Shown here piece by piece: positions 1 through 9,146 of a stretch of 64,000 nt of DNA (positions are counted from its first letter, which is position 1; each line of letters starts with the position of its first letter). Under the pieces are notes generated by a model. It had not been told where the DNA came from. It saw only the letters and a list, made by a program, of their open reading frames with translations, and made no database searches. Location of the stretch: positions 12,453-76,452 of IMG/VR virus record IMGVR_UViG_3300021142_000023. One strand, 5' to 3'. A program made the translations under genes and the position numbers. This stretch comes from a virus.

Positions 1-203
1 ACGTGAAGAGTATTAACAGCAATGTCATTACGATCATGAAATATGTCTCCAGGAATTATGATGTCTTGTATACCGTTCTTTTTGAACTGTTCAGCAGCCC
101 ACTTTGCATGGTCTAAGGCAATTTTGTGCCATGTAGCACTATTGCGATGTACCCCGTAATGTGGATCTGAAAATATACCGACTTCTGTTCCTTTAATCTG
201 CAT
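1..203 (-). CDS. gp47: Recombination endonuclease subunit, Mre11/SbcD family (T4 gp47-like), runs off the window edge
   Basis: Manual translation of minus strand from ATG at 203: MQIKGTEVGIFSDPHYG...IIIPGDIFHDRNDI; DxH and GDxFH metallophosphoesterase motifs; follows gp55 as in T4-like phages. Confidence 0.85.
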   Translation of the reverse strand, partial: MQIKGTEVGIFSDPHYGVHRNSATWHKIALDHAKWAAEQFKKNGIQDIIIPGDIFHDRNDIAVNTLH

Positions 204-729
204 GTTTGTTTAATGGATTAACTGGATCATCAACACCTACATTAGGTCCAATGACACTATATACTTCTTCTTGATAAGCTGCTAATGTATCTCTCATACG
301 TTTTTCTTTCTTAATACGAGAACGCCAGCAGTTAAAAGCTATAGAATTAAAATATGAAAACGGGTTAAAACCTTTGTCAAAGTTATACTTCTTATCTTTT
401 AATGCATTAAACATATTAATAAGAGAGTCTCCGATAGCTTCTTCTTTAAATGTATAGTTAATAAAGTTAGATGCATGTGCTAACCCATAAGCAATATTGC
501 GTATCATAATGGCGAGATTATCACTCATTACATTAGTTTCATAATACTTTCTAAGTTCAGCAGTAAACTCGGCCGGACTTACATAGTAAATCTTTTTAGC
601 TTTGGCAGATTCACTTAAAGGTTTTTTAGGTTTATCTGCTTTAGCTATTTTAGTAATTTTTACAGTTGACGGTACTTCAGGCGGTTTCTGTAATTGTTTT
701 TTCGGTAATTTTGATTTTTTCAAGGTCAT
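193..729 (-). CDS. gp55: Late-transcription sigma factor (T4 gp55-like)
   Basis: YYVSPAEF...IAYGLAHASNFINYTFKEEAIGD...NPFSYFNSIAFNCWRSRIKKEK matches the gp55 pattern (HYV-N, NF-NY, NPFAYFT-I-..AF-RRI-KEK); start chosen at MTLKK. Confidence 0.85.
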   Translation of the reverse strand: MTLKKSKLPKKQLQKPPEVPSTVKITKIAKADKPKKPLSESAKAKKIYYVSPAEFTAELRKYYETNVMSDNLAIMIRNIAYGLAHASNFINYTFKEEAIGDSLINMFNALKDKKYNFDKGFNPFSYFNSIAFNCWRSRIKKEKRMRDTLAAYQEEVYSVIGPNVGVDDPVNPLNKHAD

Positions 730-2131
730 AAAATTCTTTTCGTTTGTCGTAGTGCTTAATACCATAAATTAAATCATCGACAATATCGACTAATGTCAAT
801 ATGTCTTTGTTTTCGTGAACGCGTAATCCACGACCAATAGACTGTAGAGTTTTAATTTTTGATTTACCGCCTGCAGCAAACACTATATAATGTATGTTTT
901 TTATAGAAATGCCAGTAGAAAAGATCTTACTAATGGCAATACATACAACATTATTATGTTGTTCCATAATTTCCTGTACTCTGCGGCGTTCTTCCACCTC
1001 TACACTACCCTGTATGAAATATACTTGCTTATCCGTTAATGTGGATAGTTCTCTATAAAGATTATCTCCGTGAGCTATATGATCAATAAGAATAAGACAA
1101 TTATTTTTAAAATTATGAGCTAGTTGTCTGATTACTTTGTTTCTAAACTTGCTATTGTGTATGTAATCTAGTTCTAACAAATACCTCTGAGCTGAAGCAA
1201 CCGCGGTATAGTCTGGTTTAAAATCATAATCGATTTTAATAGCTAAGCATTGTGCATTAGCAATATACTCTCCACCAGCTGCTTCTCTTAACTCGGTAGT
1301 TGTTTTTTTAAATATAACCGGACCAATAAAGTTGTTAATATTCCATGTATCAATGTTGTTTTCTGGTAACGTACCTGTAAAACCGATACGTCTTAATGTC
1401 GGTACCTTGTCAAGTAGTTTACAAACCTTATTACCTCTACGTAGTTTATGGCACTCATCTACAACTAGTAAGCCTACTTTACTAAACCAGCTAATATCTG
1501 AGTTTTTACTCTGTAATATACCCATATTAGCAATAATAACCCGTGCATTAGGGTCTAGCTCGGTATTACCTGTCCATTTACTCACTATTTCCATAGGAAA
1601 ATTGTAAGAAGTAAAGTCTTTATGAGTTTGTGACACTAACCCTAAATCTGGAACAACTATTAGTATCTTTTCAGTAGGTTCAATTTGATGTAATGCAGCA
1701 TATACTAAATTAGCTATAATTATTGTCTTACCACCACCGGTCGCTAGTTCCACTACCCCGTAACCATTGTCTAACGCTTTACTAACTGCTGTTTCTTGAT
1801 AATCTCTAAGCTTAAATTCACTATTTAAAGTTTTAAATCTATCAGGATCCAGTATATGAGTCTTTTGTACAATGTCTTTATACTCCTGATTAACCTTAAT
1901 TTCAAAAGGTATATTCTGATTGTTTAAAAACTCTATAATACCTGGTACTAACCCGACCCCACAGTACCCGGCTGGGGTAATAGCATAAATGCGTTGAGGC
2001 ATGAACCGTTGAAAGCGATTAAAACGAGCAGCTGGACTCTTAACACTAAAGTGCTCTTTAATATTAGGAAGGTAATCTGAAACGATTCTTACTTCCTTAC
2101 GCTTCGGGTCATATTGGAACTCAACTACCAT
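677..2131 (-). CDS. uvsW: UvsW-like SF2 DNA helicase
   Basis: LRDYQ, ATGGGKT, DECH, GFTGT, STGISI, LQSIGRGLR motifs; next to uvsY. Confidence 0.92.
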   Translation of the reverse strand: MVVEFQYDPKRKEVRIVSDYLPNIKEHFSVKSPAARFNRFQRFMPQRIYAITPAGYCGVGLVPGIIEFLNNQNIPFEIKVNQEYKDIVQKTHILDPDRFKTLNSEFKLRDYQETAVSKALDNGYGVVELATGGGKTIIIANLVYAALHQIEPTEKILIVVPDLGLVSQTHKDFTSYNFPMEIVSKWTGNTELDPNARVIIANMGILQSKNSDISWFSKVGLLVVDECHKLRRGNKVCKLLDKVPTLRRIGFTGTLPENNIDTWNINNFIGPVIFKKTTTELREAAGGEYIANAQCLAIKIDYDFKPDYTAVASAQRYLLELDYIHNSKFRNKVIRQLAHNFKNNCLILIDHIAHGDNLYRELSTLTDKQVYFIQGSVEVEERRRVQEIMEQHNNVVCIAISKIFSTGISIKNIHYIVFAAGGKSKIKTLQSIGRGLRVHENKDILTLVDIVDDLIYGIKHYDKRKEFYDLEKIKITEKTITETA

Positions 2132-2532
2132 TATGTTGTTTCAAGTTTTTGTAGGTCTATTACGTTTTTGTAGTCGTACGTTAACGAACCGGTTAGTTTT
2201 TCTATTTTTTCAAGATACTCTAAGATTACTTTTACTTGATCAATACAAGCATTAATTGATGTGACTTCATCGTCGTTGTATACAATTTCGTCCTTAGCTA
2301 CTTTAGATAGAGCAACAGGAGAGTTGACTATCTTTGCTTTTATCTTTTGTTTCTTAGTATGTTCTAGCTTTAAAAGCGTACTTTTGTATTGAGTGGTTCT
2401 TGCAACCCATTTATGTTTAGTGGTAGGTGCAAGCATGGCTTTTTCCTTGATAGTGAGTTCATCCATTTTAATATCACTAACAAGTTCAGCCTGAAAGTTA
2501 CTAATAATTTTATCTACATCTAGTAAGTCCAT
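2131..2532 (-). CDS. uvsY: Recombination mediator UvsY-like
   Basis: 133 aa helical protein with D-K-DE...P--KHKW pattern, directly upstream of uvsW. Confidence 0.7.
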   Translation of the reverse strand: MDLLDVDKIISNFQAELVSDIKMDELTIKEKAMLAPTTKHKWVARTTQYKSTLLKLEHTKKQKIKAKIVNSPVALSKVAKDEIVYNDDEVTSINACIDQVKVILEYLEKIEKLTGSLTYDYKNVIDLQKLETT

Positions 2533-2572
2533 AAGTCTTACTAAGTATATAGTATAAATTTAATAAATCTAC

Positions 2573-2821
2573 GTGAAAAACTTTAATATTTTGTATACTA
2601 AGCTTTTAGAAGACATGACAACTGGTAGCACTTTTGGTGCAGGTCAAGCTCATGCCCCTGTAACTGGACAATCAAGCGATTTTTACGCCCCAGGAGATGC
2701 AAGAAACATATGGGGTAGTGCTAACAGTAAGAAACCTAAGAAAAATAAAAAGAAAAAGATGAATGGCGAGGCTCAGCCGTTGCTTCCGTTACAACGTAGA
2801 ACATTTCCAAAAGGGATGTAA
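2573..2821 (+). CDS. Hypothetical protein, probable internal head protein
   Basis: ORF track; N-terminus MKNFNILYTKLLE resembles a capsid-targeting peptide. Confidence 0.55.
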   Translation: MKNFNILYTKLLEDMTTGSTFGAGQAHAPVTGQSSDFYAPGDARNIWGSANSKKPKKNKKKKMNGEAQPLLPLQRRTFPKGM

Positions 2822-2830
2822 GTAGGGTGC

Positions 2831-3322
2831 ATGGACTTAGGTCACTGGACAACAAATGAAGCTTTCAACAACAATATTTTGCCTTACGGTTTTATTTATC
2901 GTATTACAAACATGGTCAGTGGTAAGGTCTATTTCGGTAAAAAGCAGATTAAAAGCGTTAAAAAGCTTAAACCTCTCAAAGGAAGAAAAAACAAAAGACA
3001 TTTCGACATAGAAACAGATTGGAAGACATACACGTCATCTTCTAATGATGTCAACAAAGATATTGAAACGCTCGGTAAAGATAAGTTTGCGTTTGAAATA
3101 TTAAAGTTTTGCGATAGTAAGTTTGAACTGGCATATTATGAAGCTAAAATACAGTTTGATCACGATGTATTGCTTAAAGAAGGTTATTACAACGGCATTA
3201 TAAACTGTCGCATTGGAAGAGCTCCAGACGCTTTGTTAAAAAAGCTTGCATTAGAGAGTAAAAACAGTACAATAACTAATAATGCAGCTCAAAGAACTCA
3301 AATACAATCTTTATCTAGCTGA
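2831..3322 (+). CDS. GIY-YIG family endonuclease (T4-like conserved)
   Basis: GFIYRITN..GKVYFGKK, DWKTYTSSS, F-FEIL, E...QF..DVL, YYNGII. Confidence 0.8.
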   Translation: MDLGHWTTNEAFNNNILPYGFIYRITNMVSGKVYFGKKQIKSVKKLKPLKGRKNKRHFDIETDWKTYTSSSNDVNKDIETLGKDKFAFEILKFCDSKFELAYYEAKIQFDHDVLLKEGYYNGIINCRIGRAPDALLKKLALESKNSTITNNAAQRTQIQSLSS

Positions 3323-3764
3323 TTTCAATCAGATTGAATCAGAAGCTCAAACATTGTTTAAAGCTGAATTATTAAAATATAATATTATAACGTATGATAG
3401 TTTACCCAAACAAGACTATCTTAAACTTGTACACTATTTTACGTTATCTACATTATTAAAAGAATATTCCAAACTAGAGCATAAGAAGAACACTATATTT
3501 TGGATAAATAAAAATACTTGCAATACGGATATTTTAAACTTTACGAAAGAAGTTAGGAAGTGTTTCCCAATACTACTTTATATTACCGATAAACCATATA
3601 ATACTGCATTAGTAGACAAAAATACTGCGGAATACACAGAAGTAACTACCGAGCTCAAGGAGTTTCGCTATTCCATCGATTATAGCAAGTATAGTTTTAA
3701 TAAAATTAAACGGTTTTGCACAAAATTCGGGCTGGAAGCACTAACAGCCACATTTAAGCCATGA
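3282..3764 (+). CDS. Hypothetical protein
   Basis: 160 aa ORF, phage-like codon usage, no recognised motif. Confidence 0.6.
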   Translation: MQLKELKYNLYLADFNQIESEAQTLFKAELLKYNIITYDSLPKQDYLKLVHYFTLSTLLKEYSKLEHKKNTIFWINKNTCNTDILNFTKEVRKCFPILLYITDKPYNTALVDKNTAEYTEVTTELKEFRYSIDYSKYSFNKIKRFCTKFGLEALTATFKP

Positions 3765-3772
3765 GCGGATTT

Positions 3773-3857
3773 CTCACTATATATTAAATATATAGTGAGC
3801 GCAGCGAACTGTGTAAAAGGTCTGCAAGACGAGACGAAGGAGCTCTGCTCCTGAGTC
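3773..3857. other. Structured intergenic element (two hairpins)
   Basis: ctcactatatat-taa-atatatagtgag (12-bp stem, 3773-3799) and gac-gaa-ggagc-tct-gctcc-tga-gtc (3833-3857). Confidence 0.55.
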
Positions 3858-3981
3858 CACAAACATTAACATATAATTTCTATTGTATGTGGTATACTCC
3901 TTAAACCGACGACACTTTATATTACTTTATTGCCAAATAAAATCAAGTGCAAATATGCAAAAAAGTCGTAAATATATTGAA

Positions 3982-4278
3982 ATGAAGCCAAAAAGTAAGT
4001 TTTTAACATTATTAAATCAGATCTCTGAAGATGTAAACCCTCAAGATCTTGCTCAAGGTGTTGCACAAGGGGTAAGCGGTATTAATACAGCTAAGACCAA
4101 CTATGACACGCAACTTTACGGAGCATTAATGGCGCACCCTGATGGTCCTGACGCTTTAAAAGATCCTACTAAGCTTCAAACTTTACTGCAGAAGATTGCA
4201 CAAGCTGGCACAGCTGCTGGTGGTGTAAGTGGTACTTCTGGTGTTAGTGTTCCTTCAGGCGTAACACCTGCTACATAA
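3982..4278 (+). CDS. Hypothetical protein, probable internal head protein
   Basis: Start re-assigned to MKPKSKFLTLLNQISE, 7 nt after TAAATA (3969-3974). Confidence 0.6.
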   Translation: MKPKSKFLTLLNQISEDVNPQDLAQGVAQGVSGINTAKTNYDTQLYGALMAHPDGPDALKDPTKLQTLLQKIAQAGTAAGGVSGTSGVSVPSGVTPAT

Positions 4279-4279
4279 T

Positions 4280-4639
4280 ATGAAAAAATTTGATAAAATA
4301 GCAGAGGGTATATTTCGTAAACTTTTAGAAGCAGATGTAGCACCTGCACCTGCTACAGCTCAACCTCAAGCACCTGCTGCTGGGTTACCTCAAGACGGTG
4401 GTCCTGTTCAAGCTGCACCAGGCAACGACACTGCTGCAGATCGTTCTCCTACTGAAATTAAGAACTGGGAAACCGAATTATTAGATATAGCTAAAGATGC
4501 TATTATGAATGTTCGTAATAACCCAAACTCGGTAGATGAAAACGATGTTAAAGTATTAACCATGCCTGTCACCATGGAAAATAAAGATAAACCAGGTGGT
4601 ATTATGGACGTACTTAACAAACTAGCGGGTAAAGCTTAA
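4280..4639 (+). CDS. Hypothetical protein, probable internal head protein
   Basis: MKKFDKIAEGIFRKLLEA followed by Ala/Pro-rich linker. Confidence 0.6.
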   Translation: MKKFDKIAEGIFRKLLEADVAPAPATAQPQAPAAGLPQDGGPVQAAPGNDTAADRSPTEIKNWETELLDIAKDAIMNVRNNPNSVDENDVKVLTMPVTMENKDKPGGIMDVLNKLAGKA

Positions 4640-5223
4640 TTTAAGTATCTGTTAGCAAAAGCTTGGTTACGGCCTGTTAGTTCTTTGCCATTGACATGGC
4701 GTATGTACTGTGCTTTTACTTCATTATCATTACCTGTTACAACCCCGTCTAGAAACTTTGGGAACTTTGCTAACACACCGTTAAAAGCGAAATCAGTTAA
4801 CATCTCTTTTTTAGTATTATCAAGACGCTCCCAAGCACCTTGACCGAATCTGAAATTAGTAATCTGTTTCGCTCTGTCTGCTGCAGCTGTAATATCTTTC
4901 TTTAGTAGTTCTGTTGCTTGAGCATCGGTTATACCACGTGAATAGTTATCTCCTGGGTGAAGTTTATGACCATATGCAATAGTATCTGTACCACCCTCTA
5001 CACTTTTATGAGGATGCCACATACCGTGTTTAAAACCTGCTTTAACTCCGTTCTCTACGCTTTTAATGTAGTTGATAAAATCTGGAGTTAGTTGAAACTG
5101 ACTATTGTGATACTGCTGGTAAGATACCATAGCAGGTGGTTGTTGCACGTTAAAACGGATTGGTGGGGGAGGGGGTAAATCCACAGCTTCTTTAATATTT
5201 ATAATATTTTTACGTGCAGCCAT
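4636..5223 (-). CDS. Phage lysozyme (GH24/T4-lysozyme-like fold)
   Basis: IKSVEN-G...GTDTIAYGHKL...GITDAQATELLKKDI...MLTDFAFNG; start at MAARK, 5 nt after minus-strand TAAATA. Confidence 0.8.
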   Translation of the reverse strand: MAARKNIINIKEAVDLPPPPPIRFNVQQPPAMVSYQQYHNSQFQLTPDFINYIKSVENGVKAGFKHGMWHPHKSVEGGTDTIAYGHKLHPGDNYSRGITDAQATELLKKDITAAADRAKQITNFRFGQGAWERLDNTKKEMLTDFAFNGVLAKFPKFLDGVVTGNDNEVKAQYIRHVNGKELTGRNQAFANRYLN

Positions 5224-5239
5224 ATTATTATTTACAAAG

Positions 5240-5608
5240 ATGGTAAATATTTGCGTGGTATTAAAATACAAAAACAAATGTTATAACAGCGATGATGTTC
5301 CATTATTTTTGTATTTTAAATCTGTTAAAAACAAAGAAGAGTTTATCGATTTGTTAGCAAATTACGATATTGTCAATGAATATGTGTTAGTTAACTGTGT
5401 AGATATAGCTTTAGCTGGTAATACTGTAGTAAAAGGTAAAAGAGCAAAACTTTATATTAATATACCAAGTAAGGAAGAAAAAAGAGAAATACAAAGATAT
5501 TTGTTTGATTCAAACGATGAAAGTAATGCGGTTATTTCAACCCCACCAGATATAAAACCATCAATCCTGGAAAAGTGGATTGGCAAGCACACAAAAGATT
5601 TAATTTAG
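5240..5608 (+). CDS. Hypothetical protein
   Basis: ORF track; true start may be GTG at 5255 after TAAATA. Confidence 0.55.
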   Translation: MVNICVVLKYKNKCYNSDDVPLFLYFKSVKNKEEFIDLLANYDIVNEYVLVNCVDIALAGNTVVKGKRAKLYINIPSKEEKREIQRYLFDSNDESNAVISTPPDIKPSILEKWIGKHTKDLI

Positions 5609-5642
5609 CTTGAGTTTTTTATTTTATACCATACTATAAGGT

Positions 5643-6083
5643 ATGGGTAAATTTACATCAACTAAAGTCATACCGCTAGGTAGCGCAGCCTTTCGTCAAC
5701 CCTACGCGAAAAGTCACTGCAAACTTGTTCATGGGTATCGTTTATCAGCTAAGTTCTGGTTTACATGCGAGCATCTCGATAATAATAATTGGGTAGTAGA
5801 TTTCGGTTCTCTTAAAGACCTTAAAATACGCCTCGAAGAGCTCTTCGATCATAAAACCGTTGTATGGGCTAAAGATCCTGAAATCGATACGTTTAAAGAC
5901 TTAGAGAAGCGTAGAATGATTGATCTAGTAGTACTTGAAGATGGTGTTGGTATTGAGCGTTTTGCTGAATTGTGTCACAACTTAGCTAATGAGTACGTTG
6001 ATGACCTTACTGATGGTCGTTGCTGGTGTACTCGAGTAGAAGTCTGGGAACATGAAGGTAATAGTGCAATTTACGAAGTTTAA
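5643..6083 (+). CDS. queD: 6-carboxy-5,6,7,8-tetrahydropterin synthase (QueD/PTPS family)
   Basis: SHCKLVHGY, WVVDFGSLK, FDHK, VEVWEH..NSAIY. Confidence 0.9.
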   Translation: MGKFTSTKVIPLGSAAFRQPYAKSHCKLVHGYRLSAKFWFTCEHLDNNNWVVDFGSLKDLKIRLEELFDHKTVVWAKDPEIDTFKDLEKRRMIDLVVLEDGVGIERFAELCHNLANEYVDDLTDGRCWCTRVEVWEHEGNSAIYEV

Positions 6084-6097
6084 TATATAATAGTTTT

Positions 6098-6904
6098 ATG
6101 TCTAATATTGATCCTAATACAACTTTATTCATTTCAGATGATTTTGTGTTCTACACATTAGAAGGCGAAGGCCGTTATATCGGTTACCCTTCAGTGTTTA
6201 TGAGAATGGCTATGTGTAACTTAACCTGTATTGGTTTTAAGAGCGAAGACTCACCAAACGGTTGTGATAGTTATGTTAGCTGGTCTAAGAAGAATAAAAT
6301 GACGTTTGAGGAAGTGGCTCAGTTGTTTGAGAAGAATGACTACCACGAGCGTCTAAAAGAAGGTGCATTACTTAAGTTAACTGGTGGAGAGCCTTTTATT
6401 CAGCAGAAGAACTTATTACTATTTGTTAAGTTTATTAGAGATCGTTGGGGTTTTGCTAACTATAGCAGAACTCTTACTACTGATGATATTGGTAAACCTA
6501 GATTGCATATCGACTTTGAAACTAACGGTACCATTATGCCGGGTGAAGAATGGTCTCGTCTAGGTGTACACGTAACATACACTACTTCACCTAAACTATC
6601 TAGTAACGGAGATCCTGCTGATAAACGTTATAAACCAGAAGTATTACGTTATTTGGCTATACATGATGCTTGTTTTAAGTTTGTAGCTAAACAAGAGTCA
6701 GACCTGAATGAAGTATTAGAAAACTATCTTAATAACCCTGAAGTAGCTGTACGTTCAGATCAAGTATGGATTATGCCTTGCTGTGGTAGCCGTAAAGAAC
6801 TACTAGAAGTTGGGCCTGCTGTGGCTGAACTATGTAAGAAATATAATTTTAAGTTCTCGAACAGAATGCACTTGCAAGTTTGGGACAAAGCCCTTAAAGT
6901 ATAA
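6098..6904 (+). CDS. queE: 7-carboxy-7-deazaguanine synthase (radical SAM)
   Basis: FYTLEGEG, CNLTC...CDS, LTGGEP, ETNGT, SPKL, KFV, R-HLQVW. Confidence 0.92.
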   Translation: MSNIDPNTTLFISDDFVFYTLEGEGRYIGYPSVFMRMAMCNLTCIGFKSEDSPNGCDSYVSWSKKNKMTFEEVAQLFEKNDYHERLKEGALLKLTGGEPFIQQKNLLLFVKFIRDRWGFANYSRTLTTDDIGKPRLHIDFETNGTIMPGEEWSRLGVHVTYTTSPKLSSNGDPADKRYKPEVLRYLAIHDACFKFVAKQESDLNEVLENYLNNPEVAVRSDQVWIMPCCGSRKELLEVGPAVAELCKKYNFKFSNRMHLQVWDKALKV

Positions 6905-6907
6905 TAT

Positions 6908-7069
6908 ATGAACGATATTCCTGATCCTAAAAAACATAAAAATATTAGCATTATTAAAAGCATTATCCGCATTATTGCGGGTACATGCCTTTGCTTCGGT
7001 GCCTTCTGGGTTACTGGTATATTGCTAATCGTAGCAGAAATACTCGGTATTGTTGAAGAAATGGTATAA
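6908..7069 (+). CDS. Small membrane protein (53 aa)
   Basis: Manual translation MNDIPDPKKHKNISIIKSIIRIIAGTCLCFGAFWVTGILLIVAEILGIVEEMV; fills the gap between queE and the next gene. Confidence 0.65.
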   Translation: MNDIPDPKKHKNISIIKSIIRIIAGTCLCFGAFWVTGILLIVAEILGIVEEMV

Positions 7070-7072
7070 CAT

Positions 7073-7336
7073 ATGAAACAAGAAATAAAATTCACATATA
7101 CGTTAGAGCATACTAATGACTATATTAACGTCGGTACACCTCGTAAAGTTGAAATCACTTTTGATGGTCAAGCAAGCTTAGAAGAACTATCAGAAGAGTT
7201 TAATGCTTTTGTTAAAGCTATAGGTTACAACCCGCCCGACAATTGCGTTCTTGATTGGGTAGACGTGGAAACCGGTCAACCACCTGAAGATGATGAGGTT
7301 GCCAATATCAGTATAAAGCGTAAATTTAAAAAATGA
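7073..7336 (+). CDS. Hypothetical protein
   Basis: ORF track, operon-like spacing. Confidence 0.6.
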   Translation: MKQEIKFTYTLEHTNDYINVGTPRKVEITFDGQASLEELSEEFNAFVKAIGYNPPDNCVLDWVDVETGQPPEDDEVANISIKRKFKK

Positions 7337-8049
7337 GTCACTCTAAACTTAGTAAAATAGGCGTTATTGGTACACAATGTGTCGGCAAGTCTACACTTGT
7401 TGATGATATGATATTACAGTGGCCTCAGCTTACTCGACCTGAAAAGTCGTACCGCGATCTTATTAAGAGTAAAAAACTTAAGATCAACAAAGAGGGTAAT
7501 AAAAAATCTCAAGAAACTATACTCAATTTTCTTGTAGATGAAGCGATGGCTAACTACGGTAAGAAGAAAATGATATTTGACCGTACGCCTATTGATAACT
7601 TAGTTTATTCTTTATGGCTTTTTGAAAAAGGCTTAGGAGACATTGACGAAGCATTCATTGATAGATGTGTTAAGCAAGTACGTGAAGCGGTTAAGTTTTA
7701 TTCTGTTATATTCTATATACCTTTAACTAAAGAAAACGACGTACTCCTTCAGACTAAAGAGAATAGAGATATTGATCCTGTTTATCGCGGGGAAATCGCT
7801 TTAATACTTGATGGCTTATTTAAGGCTTGGGAAAGTGGTAAGTCTGGGTTCTTTGATGCAGATGATTGTCCGCCTATCATACCTGTATACGGTACACCAT
7901 TAGAGCGTATCGCAATGATTAATCTTTATATTAACGATAAATGCGAGTTTTTCGGTGAAGAGGATTCCTTAATACAAAAAGATATAGTAGAACAGCAAAT
8001 GCTTGCTGATCAACTAGGTATTACGGATAAGAAACAGTTCAAATTATAG
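7333..8049 (+). CDS. P-loop nucleoside/nucleotide monophosphate kinase-like protein
   Basis: GTQCVGKST Walker A and FDRTPIDNLVYS (DR motif of dNMP/thymidylate kinase-like proteins). Confidence 0.7.
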   Translation: MSHSKLSKIGVIGTQCVGKSTLVDDMILQWPQLTRPEKSYRDLIKSKKLKINKEGNKKSQETILNFLVDEAMANYGKKKMIFDRTPIDNLVYSLWLFEKGLGDIDEAFIDRCVKQVREAVKFYSVIFYIPLTKENDVLLQTKENRDIDPVYRGEIALILDGLFKAWESGKSGFFDADDCPPIIPVYGTPLERIAMINLYINDKCEFFGEEDSLIQKDIVEQQMLADQLGITDKKQFKL

Positions 8050-8064
8050 TAAGTATTATATCCT

Positions 8065-8685
8065 ATGAAATTTGATGATGCTATTAACTATATTGCTGAA
8101 AACACTCTCGATTTAGAGATGGCTAAGCCAAAGAACCCTGAAATTGAAGAGCTCGTTAAAAAAGGTATACCTTACTGGAGAGCACGTCAGGACGTGCTAG
8201 CACGTCAGACGGTCAATAAGAGTGGGGCTAGTGCAGCACCTCAAGCAGCTCCTACTACTGAACCAGCTGGTATGAAGTATAAAGAGTTACCAGACACACT
8301 TAGGACTAAAGATGCAGTAGCAACTTATTTACAACACAACCCGGGTGCTACACCTGAAGAAGTGATGGCTGCTATTGGTTCTCAAAATTCAGAAGAAACA
8401 CCTCTTAACCTAGATCCAGAAGTTGTTAAAGCAGCAATTGCTGATGTACAAACCGGTGGTGGGGATGAGCAAGAGCCTGATCCAGAAGCTTTACGTAAAG
8501 CAGAACTTCAAGCAAAGTACGATAGAGTGCGTCAAGCACTATACAAGATGCATGGTTTCAAAACTAAAGGACGTCCAGGTAGAAAAGTAACTGCTGACGA
8601 GCCTGAAGAAGAACCAGGCGAGATTGATTACAATGAACCTAAGATCAATATGCGCGACGAGCCAGTTGACCCTACTGAGCTATAA
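8065..8685 (+). CDS. Hypothetical acidic protein, probable internal head protein
   Basis: MKFDDAINYIAEN; TAAGTA at 8050-8055. Confidence 0.6.
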   Translation: MKFDDAINYIAENTLDLEMAKPKNPEIEELVKKGIPYWRARQDVLARQTVNKSGASAAPQAAPTTEPAGMKYKELPDTLRTKDAVATYLQHNPGATPEEVMAAIGSQNSEETPLNLDPEVVKAAIADVQTGGGDEQEPDPEALRKAELQAKYDRVRQALYKMHGFKTKGRPGRKVTADEPEEEPGEIDYNEPKINMRDEPVDPTEL

Positions 8686-9130
8686 GATATTTTTCGGTAA
8701 GTACAATAAATTTCATACCTTTTTTAGCCGCGTAATCGCTCGCGGCTTTCCATTTGCACTGATTCTTGTGGTACATTAAGTGTTCGTACAAGACAGTGCT
8801 TTTTTTCTTTTTGTTTGATTGTACCGGTGGTAAAGTCTGGGAATGTGGTTTCAACTCTATCAAATATTTTTGTACAGTGCCATCTTTCTGCTTGATAGCT
8901 GCTATCAAATCTACATAATAGTTATGTACTTTATGGTCAACATCATTATAATAAGGCACTACTATACCTTCACTTGCCCAAGCAGTGACATTAGGGTTTT
9001 GATCAAAAAACAAAAAGAAATCTCTTTCTAATGCAGATCTGTATACAGGATTACTTGAACCCATATATTTATTTTTATTTATAGGTGAATAAATTCCCTG
9101 AATATACTTGTTATTTTTTGAAACACCCAT
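8672..9130 (-). CDS. gp4: Head completion nuclease (T4 gp4-like, TnsA-type)
   Basis: QGIYSPINKNKY.G...YRSALE...W.SE...PY...HNYYVD...IELKP..QT.PP...NQCKW.AA. Confidence 0.9.
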   Translation of the reverse strand: MGVSKNNKYIQGIYSPINKNKYMGSSNPVYRSALERDFFLFFDQNPNVTAWASEGIVVPYYNDVDHKVHNYYVDLIAAIKQKDGTVQKYLIELKPHSQTLPPVQSNKKKKSTVLYEHLMYHKNQCKWKAASDYAAKKGMKFIVLTEKYLIAQ

Positions 9131-9146
9131 ATACTATATTTACTTT

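Noticed and set aside
2831-3322. Mobile homing endonuclease
   Set aside because: It has only the catalytic GIY-YIG domain, with no DNA-binding tail, and looks like the conserved T4-like stand-alone nuclease, so mobility is unsupported.
3833-3857. Hammerhead ribozyme (CUGA and GAA strings)
   Set aside because: No CUGAnGA/GAAA core in the right order and no three-stem junction.
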